The notes: generated from the sequence alone by a model not told the origin. A stretch of 63,747 nt of DNA, filler included, from Choristocarpus tenellus KU-1152 (GCA_964200185.2; 11 parts of 11 records of this genome joined end to end with filler, not necessarily neighbours in it); one strand, 5' to 3'. Shown: positions 14,370 through 27,206, numbered from the whole stretch's first letter. Numbers and translations are program-made.

Positions 14370-14469
14370 NNNNNNNNNNNNNNNNNNNNNNNNNNNNNNN
14401 NNNNNNNNNNNNNTTAATTAATTAANNNNNNNNNNNNNNNNNNNNNNNNNNNNNNNNNNNNNNNNNNNN
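14370..14469. other. Artificial contig linker
   Basis: 44 N + TTAATTAATTAA + 44 N. Confidence 0.99.
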
Positions 14470-14810
14470 GGGGGGGGGGGCTTTGAGGTTGTGTTAGCAA
14501 TTTTGGAATGCTTCCCAGAACTCCCACCCAATGCCCTGCTAGTGACATATAGGGAGGGACGCTGAGAAGTGGAAGGTTATCACTAGAGGTCAAGCAAGAT
14601 AATGTCCTGAGAAGGATAGCAAAGGAGGTGAAGTTGATATCGGAGGAGCTCATCCTGCACTCGGCCAGGATAGGGGGAGCCACGAGAGTGTTAAGAATAG
14701 GGGCATCGGATGTAGTGATACAGAGGGAGGGGAGGTGGAGGTCGGGGGGGTTTACAGTGTATGGTAGGGCCAACCAGAGAGACTCGGTGTGGGTTTCCAA
14801 GGGTCTGGTA
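14470..14810 (+). mobile_element. Tyrosine recombinase C-terminal domain of a DIRS/Ngaro-type retrotransposon (degenerate)
   Basis: LHSARIGGATRVLRIGASDVVIQREGRWRSGGFTVYGRAN contains the H-x-x-R, GRW and catalytic Y motifs of a YR. The upstream part (LPPNALLVTY) is frameshifted. Confidence 0.85.
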
Positions 14811-15565
14811 GAGAGTAGGAAGGATTGGGCGCAGCCAGTGCAGGAGGTACAGGCGGGAAGTAGAGGTAGACATCAACTCAAAAGGGGAGGTCGAGTTCAG
14901 GCGGGGCGTTCTTGGATGACTGTGGAGTGGTGTCGAGTGGTGTGGTGCAGTGGAAAGTGGTGGGAATTGGTGTTGAGGAAGGTGGATGGATTCACCGAAA
15001 TTGGTCGCATTGGTTTGGTGACTGGAAAACAGTGACTAATGTTGGTTGCACTGATTGGTCACCAACGGTGTTGCAATGGTGGAGGCGTATGAGCACAGTG
15101 GGTGGAATGCGAAGACAAGGCCAATAAATAACGATAATCCCAAAGCGCACTTGATACCATTGTTGGCAAAAGTCAGCCAATCAGCAAAAAAAAGATCTTT
15201 ACTTCGTACATAGAATATATATGCAAAGCTGGCTACAATGGCACAACTACAGGCGTGTACAAGGCGGTGATGCAATGAGTAAAAAAACAAACCCACCAGG
15301 TTGAGAAAATACAAATACACTCATAGGATGACAACATTATCGGGGAAAATACGCAGGGGTAGTGGACAACAAAAGGTGTACCTGTGTCATTTTCGGACAA
15401 GAAAGGGTACAGCACAAACCAAGTTGGATAACGGGGCCCTCGATTAAGAGATGCCTGCTACAGTGTTGGCAGTCGCCTCCTGCATCAACTTTGTCGTGCC
15501 AAAACTTTTCATCAACATTTTTTTTCCATGAAAATACATTTGTTGTAATCGGATCAGCACGGTTA

Positions 15566-16330
15566 ACCTTATTTGATGGGTATTGGTTGGTCAACTTGCA
15601 GTAATTGTGAGAAATACAGGACCATACTTAAATCAAGTAGTCCACACGCACGGTTCGCTCACAAAACGCACATTCAAGGGAAAATTTGAATTTGAATTTG
15701 AATTTGATGCCTGAAGAGGTCATCTTCACTTGGAGAACATGTACGTTGTTGTCTCTCCATTCTCTTTCCATTATTTCCTGTTTATGTGATATTGTCACCT
15801 GCTGGCTAAGGCTCACTTTTGGGGGCCCAGACCTCTGAATCAGACAATCCATGCCAAGACAAATGAGGTATTCTGAAGGTGCAGGCCTCCTGTGTGAGAC
15901 TTAAATGTCTTGTACACCCTGTCCAAGTTGGTGCCTTTCTCGTTGGAATATATCAGGTGGTAAGCAATACTCAGCCTGAAGAACCTATCCACAATTACTC
16001 TGGACAGTCCCCCTTCCTCCTTAAGACTGACAGGAATGTTGGCTCTCATTCCAGGCAACGTGTATATTCACAATGGCCTCGTATATAGTGCTTCGCCCCG
16101 CCCCCATACCATCTCTATTGGGTTCAATTCACAATGGTACTTTGGAAGCATCAAGCAGTGTCCTCCAAGACGCTCAACCAAAATCGTGTCCTGTGATTGG
16201 CTTAAGCAGTATTAAGCCGAGGTTAGCCCACATACTGTTTTGGCGGTGACCAATCTTGATTTCTTTGAAAGGGTTGCCCAACAAGATAATCGAGGATCAG
16301 CATATCAAATGAAAGCTCTGGACCTAAGCT
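15566..16330 (-). mobile_element. IS630/Tc1-mariner-like DNA transposon, internally deleted copy 1
   Basis: Colinear nucleotide homology with 33365-34455. Peptide GMRANIPVSLKEEGG...LDRVYKTFKSH. Lacks roughly the segment 34000-34300 of copy 2. Confidence 0.8.
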
Positions 16331-16561
16331 ATCGATGGGTGCAAAGGAATTCTTTCGTAAAAATATTTTTGGTTGTGATAATTAATTCCAAAACATTTCC
16401 AAGCTTGTGCTGAAACCATTTGGTTAAAATCTAACCCTACCAAAAAAATTCCAAAAAAATTCCTTTGCACCAGTGATAGCTTAGATCCAGAGCTTTCATT
16501 GGATATGCTGATGTTCAACTAACTCGTTGGGCAACCCTTTAAAAAAAAATCAAGACTGGTC
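16248..16561. repeat. About 310-bp imperfect palindrome (inverted duplication of transposase sequence)
   Basis: accaatcttgattt...aaagctctggacctaagctatc..tgcaaaggaatt is mirrored by aattcctttgca..gatagcttagatccagagcttt...aaatcaagactggt. Centre at about 16405. Confidence 0.85.
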
Positions 16562-17447
16562 TCATCCTAGAGGCGACTGCCAACACTGTAACGTCATCCC
16601 GTACCCGTTCTCAGCCCCATGTTGACAGGTTGTGATAGCCATCTGCACTTCGGGGTATACCTTTGAGGTGCCCTCCTCCTTCCCTTACAAGGTATAGCCT
16701 GCTTGAGTGCACATGGTTATAACATACACTAAGACACAATAAAACTTGGCCAAGAACCCCCCCCTGATTCCTGGTGGTATAATTAGGCCTCTTACTAAAA
16801 AGGCGACGCACAAATGAACATGTGGGAGGTGGGCTGGCGCACTCTAGCACCAATGCATTTAGTGTTGAGGCCTGGTACTGATTCTTAAAAAGGTGCGAAC
16901 TGGGACTCTCAAGGGATCACATCTGATAGATTCGGTAGAGAACCCACTGTATAACCACTGGTAGTATCCTCAAGAACATGGATGGGGTTTTAGAACACCA
17001 CACAAAAGGCAACCTTTAAAATTAAACCAAAAAAAAAATTGTCCATCCCAAAGTGAGAGAAACCCAGGTAGTATTGGCACTGTTTCACAGATCTGTAAAA
17101 AAGCATTAACTGCTGCCAAAACGCTTTCCACCTCTACCATCTGTTGACTCCTCTACTGCACCCATAACCTACCCCCCGCAAATCGCCATGGCTCTTGTTC
17201 AACACCTCTGTCTACACCACCGGTAAAGAATATAGAATTCCTCCCTCCCAAAAAATGCACCTTGAAGATTTTAAAACAAACGGACGATCAATCAGCTGTA
17301 GGGTCTCAAAGCGACGTAAGTTCCGGCAGAACAATTCCAACCAGACTCCACCCCCCCCCCCCCCCCCCCCTTGAATAGAACGCATTTTCATAGTGTAATC
17401 CATACGAAAAAACATACACACGCAATCACGCAATCACACACTCACAC

Positions 17448-17741
17448 CTGATGTGCTATTATGAGGAGCGGAGCCTTTTGCCTCTCCATCTCAAAGATCA
17501 CCGGCTCCAGCCTGGCAATGATGTCCAGGTAGCTCTCTCCCCTTGGGTATCGGTAACGGAGCTTATCCCTCTCCCTTGCAGAATATTCATCAGGAAAGTT
17601 CTCTTTCACCTGAAGGTAAGTAAGACCGTCGCAGATTCCAACCTCAATTTCCCGCAGAGCGCGCCACTCAACATACCTGTCACAATCTATACCCTTGGCC
17701 GTCATCCGCGCTCGCCTCATGGTACTGCTCCACACACACAG
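17448..17741 (-). CDS. PFKFB: Internal exon of 6-phosphofructo-2-kinase/fructose-2,6-bisphosphatase (histidine phosphatase domain)
   Basis: 98-codon phase 0-0 exon LCVWSSTMRRARMTA...WRALREIEVGICDGLTY...RDKLRYRYPRGESYLDIIARLEPVIFEMERQKAPLLIIAHQ, with a tgatacCAG acceptor and CAG|GTGTGA donor. Confidence 0.93.
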
Positions 17742-17936
17742 CTGGTATCAAGAATAGAACAAAAAAGATTTTGGTGGTGGTTACGACTGCTTTACGCGTC
17801 TGTTTTGGTGGGGTACCTTGTTGGGGGGGGGGGGGGGGGGGGGGCTAGGTAGCTAGGTAGCTTTGGGTGGCAACAAGAGGGACAGGGTCAGATGGGTGTA
17901 GGGAAGGTTCATCCATGGTTGGGGGGAAAAGTAAGG

Positions 17937-18036
17937 NNNNNNNNNNNNNNNNNNNNNNNNNNNNNNNNNNNNNNNNNNNNTTAATTAATTAANNNNNNNN
18001 NNNNNNNNNNNNNNNNNNNNNNNNNNNNNNNNNNNN
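17937..18036. other. Artificial contig linker
   Basis: 44 N + TTAATTAATTAA + 44 N. Confidence 0.99.
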
Positions 18037-18359
18037 AAAAATGCGGAGGATAGATGTCGGGGGGGGGATGGGGTGGTAGGATGTGGGTAGAGAGGGGGGA
18101 CGAATTTCATCTCCTCTAAAACTCTCCATATCAATATCAAACCTCTAGGGGTTTTTTTCTTTCATGCGTGACAAATACACTACTGCATGGTATGGATGAA
18201 TCCGAGACGTGGTTCGGCAAATTAAATACATTTAGGCAGGGTGCACTAGGACTCTGTTACCCTTCCAGCACAGCACAAGGGAAGGCTCAGTTGAGCTCTC
18301 CTCCCACAATCTTGGCCAAGTCTCACAAATCATCCTCATTCTTCCACAGCACGCCTCAC

Positions 18360-18558
18360 CTGGTCAAAGGGATGCTGAAATCGGTCTGGCAACAGCCTGT
18401 TAAACCTCATTCTTGTAGAGCGATTCTTGGCCTCAGAGCTTTCCCCCTGGCTACGATCATGACCCTTATCATCCGAGCTTTGACTCTGCTCCTCTTGCAG
18501 AGTAAGAGTCATCGAAGTCAGTCGTGGTACTTTCAAGGAAACTCTCTCACTGGTGAAG
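18360..18558 (-). CDS. Putative host exon, unknown protein
   Basis: Open frame FTSERVSLKVPR...RFQHPFDQ between a cgcCAG acceptor and a CAG|GTGAGG donor. Confidence 0.35.
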
Positions 18559-18799
18559 CTGGCGATGATGACATTGGCGGTCAAAGATTTTTTTTTTTCA
18601 AGATGTTGCATTTGGCAGCAGTATGGGGGGGGGGGAGGTAATGGAAACATACGCGAAGAAGTTCCATCCATCCATCCATCCATCCATCCAAGAGGATAGC
18701 AAAGTTCAGGAGGGAGCCAGAACCAGAAAAAAAAGAAAAGAAAAGCCAGAGAGTGACAAATCAGGTGTGAACACAAGGGCGCAGCAACGTAACACTACA

Positions 18800-21700
18800 C
18801 CAGAAAGATAACCCAATAGAGGGTGGACCCTACGGAGTGCATCGCTGACAAGTGCAGTTGGATTATCGATTTGGGTTGGCAAAGAGAGGGTTGGGATACA
18901 GATGTGCAAATATAAGGGCCTATTCGAGTAACCATTTCCCAAGATAATGCAGATCTCACGACTGCGAAGAGTTTTGGAAAGGACGTTCAATCAGACTCTA
19001 TCAAACCAACTAACCTTTTACTTGCACAACCAAACTACCCACCTCCTCCATCCCGGAAGTACCGAGAAACCAACAGGTCGTGATGTAGACAAACCACCCC
19101 AGGAGGGTGCAGCCGCCCGCAACTCAATGCTTCCCGATCCCAAGTAAGGACGGAAAGCGTTAGTCAACGGCAAAACTAGGAGACTTAATACTCCAGTTGC
19201 AAAGGCCACCGACACGTCACCCGTGACACACCTTGGTGCCAGCTTCATTTTTCTTCGAAGGATTAGCTCCTCTTTGTTGAATACAATAGTACTCCTGAGT
19301 GGGCGAGTCATATCAGTCATCTAACGATCATTAGCTTATCTGGACAAGGACTCCCTGGCAATCTTGGTTGAGGTGGGGATATGAGATTTTGATCGTCCAC
19401 GAGAAAGTATAGACAGTCTGGAATGGTTCAGAACAGTCCCTAGGTATCTAGGAAGCTCATAGACTTGCCTCGACCACGACATCGCGATTTGTACTCGTGT
19501 CAAGGACTCCAGGTAGGTCCTCTGATTCAAACATGTTACACAGAACTTTGCATGCTTCTCTCCGTCTATTGCAATGAATACCCAAAAATCGACCATTAGG
19601 CATTCGAGGCTGAGCTATCAGCATGCACGCACGGCTGTGACTGTGATCGTAATGTTGTGCCATGACCTAGAGATAAGAATCAAGGTATCGCCAGTCCTCT
19701 TGTTGAAGAAGGACTTGGTTTGCACGATATATTACAACAAGAACTGAACCCACCTAGGCCCTCTTTATATTATAGTTTCACGTCAACGCTTCGTTAATAG
19801 GTCAATCACTCTGTTCATGGGTTGACAAGGGTGCAGGTCTGATGTAAGGGTGGAGATGGTGTTGGCTTCAATACCATGTCCTCTCACGTTGGTCCTGACT
19901 CGAAAATCTGTTAGATCTCCCGAACCCTAACCCTAAGACGAACCCATCCACCTAACACTCACTTGCCAATACAATAAGCCAACAGAGCGGAAACAAAATG
20001 GGTGGGTGAGGTGGCAAATGGCATATTTCAATTACATCGTCAGGACCAAGCGGTAGACCTAAGTGTAGACCCACTGGCATCAGCATCATTGGTTGCCTTG
20101 ATTTGGCAAGGTTGTTTTAGTATAATAGAGGATGAGGCATTACCGATCACCAGAACTTAGGATCAACAGTCATGTCTGCACCAGAAGGGTGGAGAAAAGG
20201 TTGGCTTATGGCTTCTCCAGAGGTTCATCTGGACGTAGTTCCACCTTCCTTCCTTCAGTCTCCTCAGTCGGAGTGACTTAGATAGGGGGCTTTCTCACGG
20301 CTATTCTAGTGAGGTTATTCACACTTCAACTCTATCAAAAGGTGGGTGTTGTGTGTTCACGAGGGGCCTATATTTTGTTAATGCCACAATCCAGCCTTCA
20401 GACTCCAAAGCTAGAGTGTAGGAGGAAAGAGATTTCTCTAGACAATAAGTGAGCTTGGCGCACACGACTCCTGGCCAACAACACGAAGTTTTTAGAAAAT
20501 CACCTGTCCTGACGCTACACAACATGACGAACATCGATTACCTGGTGGTTGATGACGCACGAACCTTTGACTACACCACCCTTAGTTATGAGCTGACAAA
20601 ATCGCGTATAATGGCGGTAGGTGGCGGTATCAGCACCTGCACATCCAGTTGAGTTTTATCCCTTACGGGTTTTTGATCAAATCTTAAAGGGAGGTGAAAG
20701 GTACATCCAGGCAGCAGTTATTTACAAGAACAGTATCTGTTGCTTTCTTGCTTGGAACGATAGCATCAGTTGCCATGCATAACAAGGAGTTAAAAGAGCT
20801 GGACTGGGAAGCTTTCTACTCTTACCGAAAAGCCGTACTTGCTGATGAGTTTGACGGCGCAGTAAATTCACTTCGCATGACCATTGGAAAAAAACCAACC
20901 TATATAACTTATATAAATGTTAAAACAAAATCTGGCATAGTAAAAACCAATATTGAGATGGCAGAAGTTACAATAGAAGGCATTTATCCTACTGAATGAG
21001 GCTCTGGACGTATCACTACATGCCTGGTATTCATCAAAGAAAAAGGAACCCGATCAGGTCCTCATCTTCATAGTATAGAAATCAGGGAATTGAGGATCTT
21101 TCTTATGACCATGGACGGTAAAAGGAGAAATGCCCCAAACCCACCCGAGACAAGCCTCTGGGCAAGATTACAAAGGGAAGTCTGTAAATTCATAGACGGG
21201 TAGATTTTGTTTTTATCCTTGCCACGCCTGCGGTGCTGAAGGCCACCAGGAGCGAGACTGCCATGTAATTGTCCCAAGTTAACTGGATATTGACCATCAG
21301 CAGTCTGTAACCAAGGATGAGGGTTATGATAGTGTATTGTGATGCTCTTTTGCCTCTTGGGCACTTCATTATTGGAATGAACAACGTAGTGAGATGTCTG
21401 ACAGATTTGTTGAAGGGCATTATAAGGTGAGTGCCCTAACTACATTCCAACGTTATTGACTAATAATTTGCGGTGACATACTCCAGTATGTATGTACCAT
21501 ACAATCAATCCATCTCAGGTATCTATTGACCCTCAACTTTAATGTTTCGCAGGAGCATACCAGTACCTTTAGGTGGTGACAAACAGGCCTGGTACCATGC
21601 TAATGTTTCATCTCAGGGACAGTGAGAAACCTGAGTTTACTCTTGGGTTTGGCAGTGTGGAAGTAGAAGAGGTCAGTTTGAACCAAAGAGGAGTATTATG

Positions 21701-23450
21701 GGATAATACGTACAAAAAATCTTTCAGGAGACAAAAGTGGTGTGGCACTACACTCCAGGTGAATATACAATTGAGTTAGAACAACAGAACGGCAACCTCA
21801 TTGCCCATTTCGAGTAGCAAAGTAGGTTGTAAAAAATAGTTTTTCCACACAATTGCCGACGAATTCCACTTCTGGTACCTGGATAGGGGTCTAATCACTC
21901 AGGGAACAGTGAGTGCAAACATAGAGGCAAATTGCTCTAGATTACTGTCAACGACCATTGGTCGCCAAGGGTACCAAGTGAAAACTAAAGTTATGTATAC
22001 TGAAGGGATAACTGCCTTGCTTGCACGTGGCAGCGGGTGGAAGCAAATGATACACCGGTCCACCCCAAGTGAGAGATCCCTGCACAAGTTATAAAGCTCC
22101 ACTCCGCTTTGCTAAGATAGTATTGATAGTAGCTATTGCTAGGGACAAAGCAGTGGATATTTGTAACTATCCTCAGACACACCACTACCTTGTGCATGTT
22201 GTTAAAAAAAAATTGTCAGTATTATGAAAGGGGTGGTGTAGGCTGAGAAGGTGGTTTACATTTTCCTATGCGGCACATCCCTGCCCTGCAATGTCATCAT
22301 TGTTACTTAATAAGTTCCTGTTACAAACGGATCCCATACCTACATACATTTAGGTAGATCAAACTCTGACAGGGTGGCACAGACCCCCCCTGCCACAGTC
22401 TACCCCTTCTATACAGGCACAGCTCATCCCTGCAACCCATGCACGGTCCCCCCTTGTTCCTTTCCTCCTGGTGCTGCTGGAGCACTATGGCTGCTACCTG
22501 GTGGAGCTTCTCCTCTTTTTCCCTAAAAGAGATCACACTGTCCCTCTGTGCCTTCGTTCCTGATGCTGAAATCGCCAACTGGTAGACGTCCTCCTTTCCC
22601 CCCTTCCTCCCCAGTACACCTCCCCATTGTTCCTTTCGTCCTGGTACCGTTAGAGCACAGTTGTATTGATTGGAGGAGCTACCTTTCCCACTGGCACAGG
22701 CCCCCCTGAAACCCACCCAGTACCCCCGTGATGTCTGCCCATGGAAGATAGACATCAGCTCATTGCGGTTGTTGCAAGTGAAACACAGCAGTACTGAACA
22801 GTATTGTCTTTCAATATTTTCATAACATGTTCTTCTCAGTATGTGTAATTCTATAGACAGATGTACTTCTTTTGACAAGGTGCAAAGGTGCGATTGATGA
22901 GGTGTAGGGATCAAGCTCACAATAGGATGTTAAGGGGACATGAGGAGAGGAAGAAAGAGCAGGTTCACCACAAGTTTGGTTAAGGAGCACATACGTACAC
23001 AGCAGCACAAATGGATTACAGACCAAAATCCCGCATTGGTCTTGGTTGCATTGGTTAGATTACAGTTCTTGTACCTCCCATCACCAAGATTTAACATTTG
23101 TCGGAAGGTGCGATGAAGAGAAGCAGCCGATATCCCCATGCGCCTAGACACTAGACCTCAAACGACACTCTCACGTGTCTATTTTGAGTGGAAGGATTTA
23201 GTTTACAAAATTTGATGGTTCTTGTAGGACCACTGCCGACGAATCCCACTTCCAACACACCTAGGAACAATGAGTGCGAACTGAGGGTCAAACAGTTGCA
23301 GGCTGCTAACATCCATCGACCACCAAAGGTACTGGGTGCAAACCAAGTCAAGTAACAGCAAGGGATAGTCACCTGCCCAGTGTGTGACACAAGGCGCAAA
23401 GGGAAGTCCATCAACAATTATGAAAAGTAAAGATATTATGCGGCTCGCCA
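18800..23450 (+). pseudogene. Unclassified intronless decayed coding relic with a CCHC zinc knuckle (gag/LINE ORF1/viral-like)
   Basis: Long runs of protein-like sequence broken by stops and frameshifts (20172-22100, including ORF 20694-20999). CHACGAEGHQERDC at 21220-21261. Diverged duplicate 21850-22060 vs 23230-23420. Confidence 0.45.
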
Positions 23451-23511
23451 TTCCGTGATTCAGTGCAAGAAAAGGACCTTACCCAGCCAGTTACCCAGGT
23501 TTACTATTCTA

Positions 23512-23533
23512 CCCTAACCCTAACCCTAACCCT
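23512..23533. repeat. Interstitial telomere-type repeat (CCCTAA)3+
   Basis: ccctaaccctaaccctaaccct. Shorter (CCCTAA)2-type tracts occur at 19925-19936, about 39423(-), about 52330 and about 59783. Confidence 0.7.
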
Positions 23534-25039
23534 TCACCAAAAAATCCTCATACGCTCCACCGAATTTTACATACACTGCCCTACAAAGATCCCTTCATGA
23601 CGACTGGTTGTAGCTGTATTGAATAGGTGGCTTTGCGAAAACTGAGACTCCTGTTGGCAGGGTCAGTTGCATGCGTGGGGAATGAGCAACACCTGGTGTT
23701 GATGTTCAGGGAGCTTGAAAATGAAAAAGAGAAGCAAGGTGAACAGTTGTAGAAGAACTTGTGAATGGACATGAAAGACATCCTTGAGAAGACTGGGATC
23801 AGGGTCAAGGGATGTAACACAAGGGCAACAAACTAACACACTGGTCGTATGAGTGTGTGGTTCGGCACATAGAGCTTCGTGGACTGGTGGCATTCCAGGG
23901 AAGGCGGGATACCTGATGTGTACGTCATGCTAAGGCAGCAGTTACGACAGTCCAAGCAGACCAAGGTACAAGCACACTCACCACCGTCTGCTCAATGCAG
24001 GCTTTCGTCATTGCATCTGCTTCATTTGGGGTTGATTATTCTTCTCGTGTCCCTCTTTTCTTCCCGGTGTGACACTGATTTCCGACTCCCTCCCTTTTCT
24101 CATGGGACCTGGCGTATGTGACGACAGCAATGATATCCTTCCCCAACTGTTTTGACTTGAAAGAATAATACCTGGGTTTCTCTTCGGTACTACTGCCATG
24201 AACCACGTGAATTTATGGTAGAAATTTATTCGTCAAGAAAAAGAAAGGTTTGATTCAATCGTCAGCACACAAGGTGAGTGGCGCGATCAGAAATATTCCC
24301 TGACTGGTTAGGGTCCCTGCTGAGGGTCCATGCTGGAGTTACGAAATTTTGACTTCCAATTTTTCTCTGCTCTTTCCTTATCACCAGAACCGGTATCTCC
24401 TGCAGTATCTGTGTTGTTCATGGGTTGCTTGAAGGAAGACTCAAGATTATGTGGCTGGGGGGTTAATTGGGTGTGAACAGCTAAGATGGATTTATCATGG
24501 TTATTTATGGAACTCTTTCATTATTTTTTATTACATGGTCACAGAATACTTGGCATGTCACTAAAGGAGAGAGGTACATATATGCAAGAGAACACGGGAA
24601 ACTAACACAATAAGCTGAAATAGATGCAGTGCTTTCAACTTCGCAGTACCCAATAAAATAATAGTAAAATATTGATCAATGATGATGCAACAACAACTGT
24701 ACTTCTGGATGACTATGTAGCACACCATGAACTCCAGACCTAGACAAAATATCACCTGCTGCTGCTGCTGTCACTGAATTTCTCTAGTCTTCAGGTGGCA
24801 GTACCAAGTCATGATACCATCATCCTGAAGGAGGTAACCTTCACTAGTACTGATTGATCCGTAGGTTTGAGACTAGCATCATTCCTCTACCATCACCACA
24901 CCTGAACTATCTCATCACTAGGAAAGTCCTAGCAGTAAAGTTCTTTAGCCTTTTGGCGGCTGAGGTTGCGATCTCTCACTAGCAGGCAGGGTGTGCCCTG
25001 AGCTGTACCATCCCACCTGTGTGTATCGTGTTCTGTCGC

Positions 25040-26360
25040 GATTGCTCCGTTTCCAGCATACCAACCAAGCAGATGGACAAGAAGGGTTTGTCAGATTCTT
25101 GGGATGCTGCCCTAACTCCTCACCCATTTGTGTGAGGTAAGGCTATGCTAGGTTGGAGACATAGCAGTAATGTACACATATTCGTATCATCATTGTAACT
25201 ACCAACCTTTAAGGTTGTTGTGGTGTAGCTGGTGCTCAAATAGTAAACAGATTTTGGAGAGATATCGTTCACGTTTACGACAACTGTTACTTTTATTTTC
25301 ATTATCTTGCCCTCTAACATTTTACAGATGTGTCAGAGGAAAAACCAATGAAAACTATTATTCACATGTCAGAAAAATCCCTTAAAAATTTACAGTTGTG
25401 GTAAAATGTGAAAATGCATTAATATATTTACTATTTTACTACCTTCCTGTGCCGGATCACTATCTTCCTGTGCCTCCAACCCGCCTTAGTCCTGTACCCC
25501 AGAGTGAGGAGCTAGAGAAACATCCCAAGAATATAACAAGCCCCTCCTTGCCCATCTCCCTGGTGTCTCCAGCTTAAAACACATGACAAGTCAAGATAGT
25601 GCTACTTGCGTTGCGAATGAGACTATCTGGTGTAGACGAGATTTGACCACCCCTTTCCTGTTGTAGCCTCCTGTCCCTCTCCCCGCTACCGCGTGCGTAG
25701 CTAGCTCATCCAGGAAACTTTCCACTTGGTTACTGAGGCGCCCAAAACTTTCCGCCGTGAAGGTGTTGATGTCATAACTATGGGGGTAAAAAGATCCCTC
25801 ATAGTGGGTGTGCTTTCACGCCTCAGCTGCGGCAGCAACTACACCATTCCTGGTGGATGAGTGTGGGAGGTGGGAGGCCGTTTACACTTCTGTAAACGTA
25901 ACATCGAGGAGGAGGCCTTTGTCTCGGTAGGGGGCTGAGCCAGCATCCGGTACCCCTGCATGGAAGAACCAGATCCATGCGGAAATTTCTATCTACTGTG
26001 AATGGGCTACCATCTTCCATAGTGCAGGGGATGCCCATTCCTTCGCAAAGTTGACCCAGACGTCTCACCATCGGTGTGTGTTGGCGAACCTCTTCTCCAG
26101 TCCTTTGGCAAGTTCGAGCATGTCTGGTGTCTACGTTTATAGGGTCTTTAAGATGCTGGCTTGGTTTTTTCCTCACACATTTGCGATATATTAGTGGACA
26201 TATGTGAGAGCCATCTTCCACAGAAGGTATACCCTGCAGGTAACCTATCTTGAACATCATGTATGAGGTATACGCTGAAGGTAGAATATCATAATATTCA
26301 TGTGAAATTTGTCTTTGCATGTTGAAGGTAACATCTGCTTGAAGTAAGATTGGGTGGTTT
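25040..26360 (-). mobile_element. CRE-like non-LTR retrotransposon 3' end (Zn-binding motif + restriction-like endonuclease) with duplicated tail
   Basis: VDTRHARTCQRTGEEVRQH...E...RMDLV.../LLLDVT...AAAAEA*KHTHY...AESFGRL...FLDELATH...KGVVKSRLHQIVS is an RLE (PD-D/ExK-type) domain with stops and a frameshift. Tail repeats at 25040-25570. Confidence 0.85.
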
Positions 26361-26456
26361 GAGTGAAAGTATCTTAGAGGGTACGATTTTTGCCCTGTTT
26401 GTCCATTTGGGACTTGGGTTCCCACAGGTGTTTTATGACTCTTTCCTACTCCGATA
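26361..26456 (+). mobile_element. MITE family A, 5' part truncated by contig end
   Basis: GAGTGAAAGTATCTTAGAGGGTACG..., colinear with 28174-28270. Confidence 0.75.
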
Positions 26457-26556
26457 NNNNNNNNNNNNNNNNNNNNNNNNNNNNNNNNNNNNNNNNNNNN
26501 TTAATTAATTAANNNNNNNNNNNNNNNNNNNNNNNNNNNNNNNNNNNNNNNNNNNN
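26457..26556. other. Artificial contig linker
   Basis: 44 N + TTAATTAATTAA + 44 N. Confidence 0.99.
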
Positions 26557-27206
26557 CGATCAAATGTCAGCACAAGCTGGTAGTATTGTGTATCATATCA
26601 ACAGGAAACAAATGAGTAGCCTATGTTTTAACAGTCGCAGTCTGGCCCCAGTCAGATTTGGTTTTACAGGAAAGGGCCAGGGCGATCAGGAACCTTAACC
26701 AGGCTGTGGGCCAGCCCTGTTTAAGAAGAGTCGTAACGGGGATACTCTGTGTCCACTACATCTCCTTCTCTCTATCACGTTTTCAGAACAGGCCAGTTTG
26801 CTTCCTCAGACTAGGCCAGTTAGCCCTTAACATGTGTGGATAATTTTGAGTAGTGTCAAAATAAGACGAACATGAATTGGGTGTATTTACCCCCCCTACC
26901 TCAAAAGAATATTTACAGTAAATCAATACTTGAAAGTGCAATGTGACAAGCAACAAATATACAACGGATGTTGTACTATTTCGAGTGGTGAAAAACGTTA
27001 GTATGTCCTGTAATATTACATCTCTACGTGGAAAACAATATTCTTTTGGAATTTCAAAATTTGAAGAATTTTAGATACTTCAAATCCACGTTTTGAAATC
27101 AAGTTCGATTTGGCTACTATGAATACCCTCGCTTGATAAACAGTACGTAATGAAATAGATCCCTCGAGAATTGACCAGTCCTCTTGCGGCATGCATATTG
27201 CAGTAC

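Noticed and set aside
19925-19936. True telomere or chromosome end
   Set aside because: Only 2-4 repeat units, internal to contigs.
22321-22920. 199-aa minus-strand ORF
   Set aside because: No recognisable domain or convincing splice structure. Probably a TE fragment or a chance ORF.
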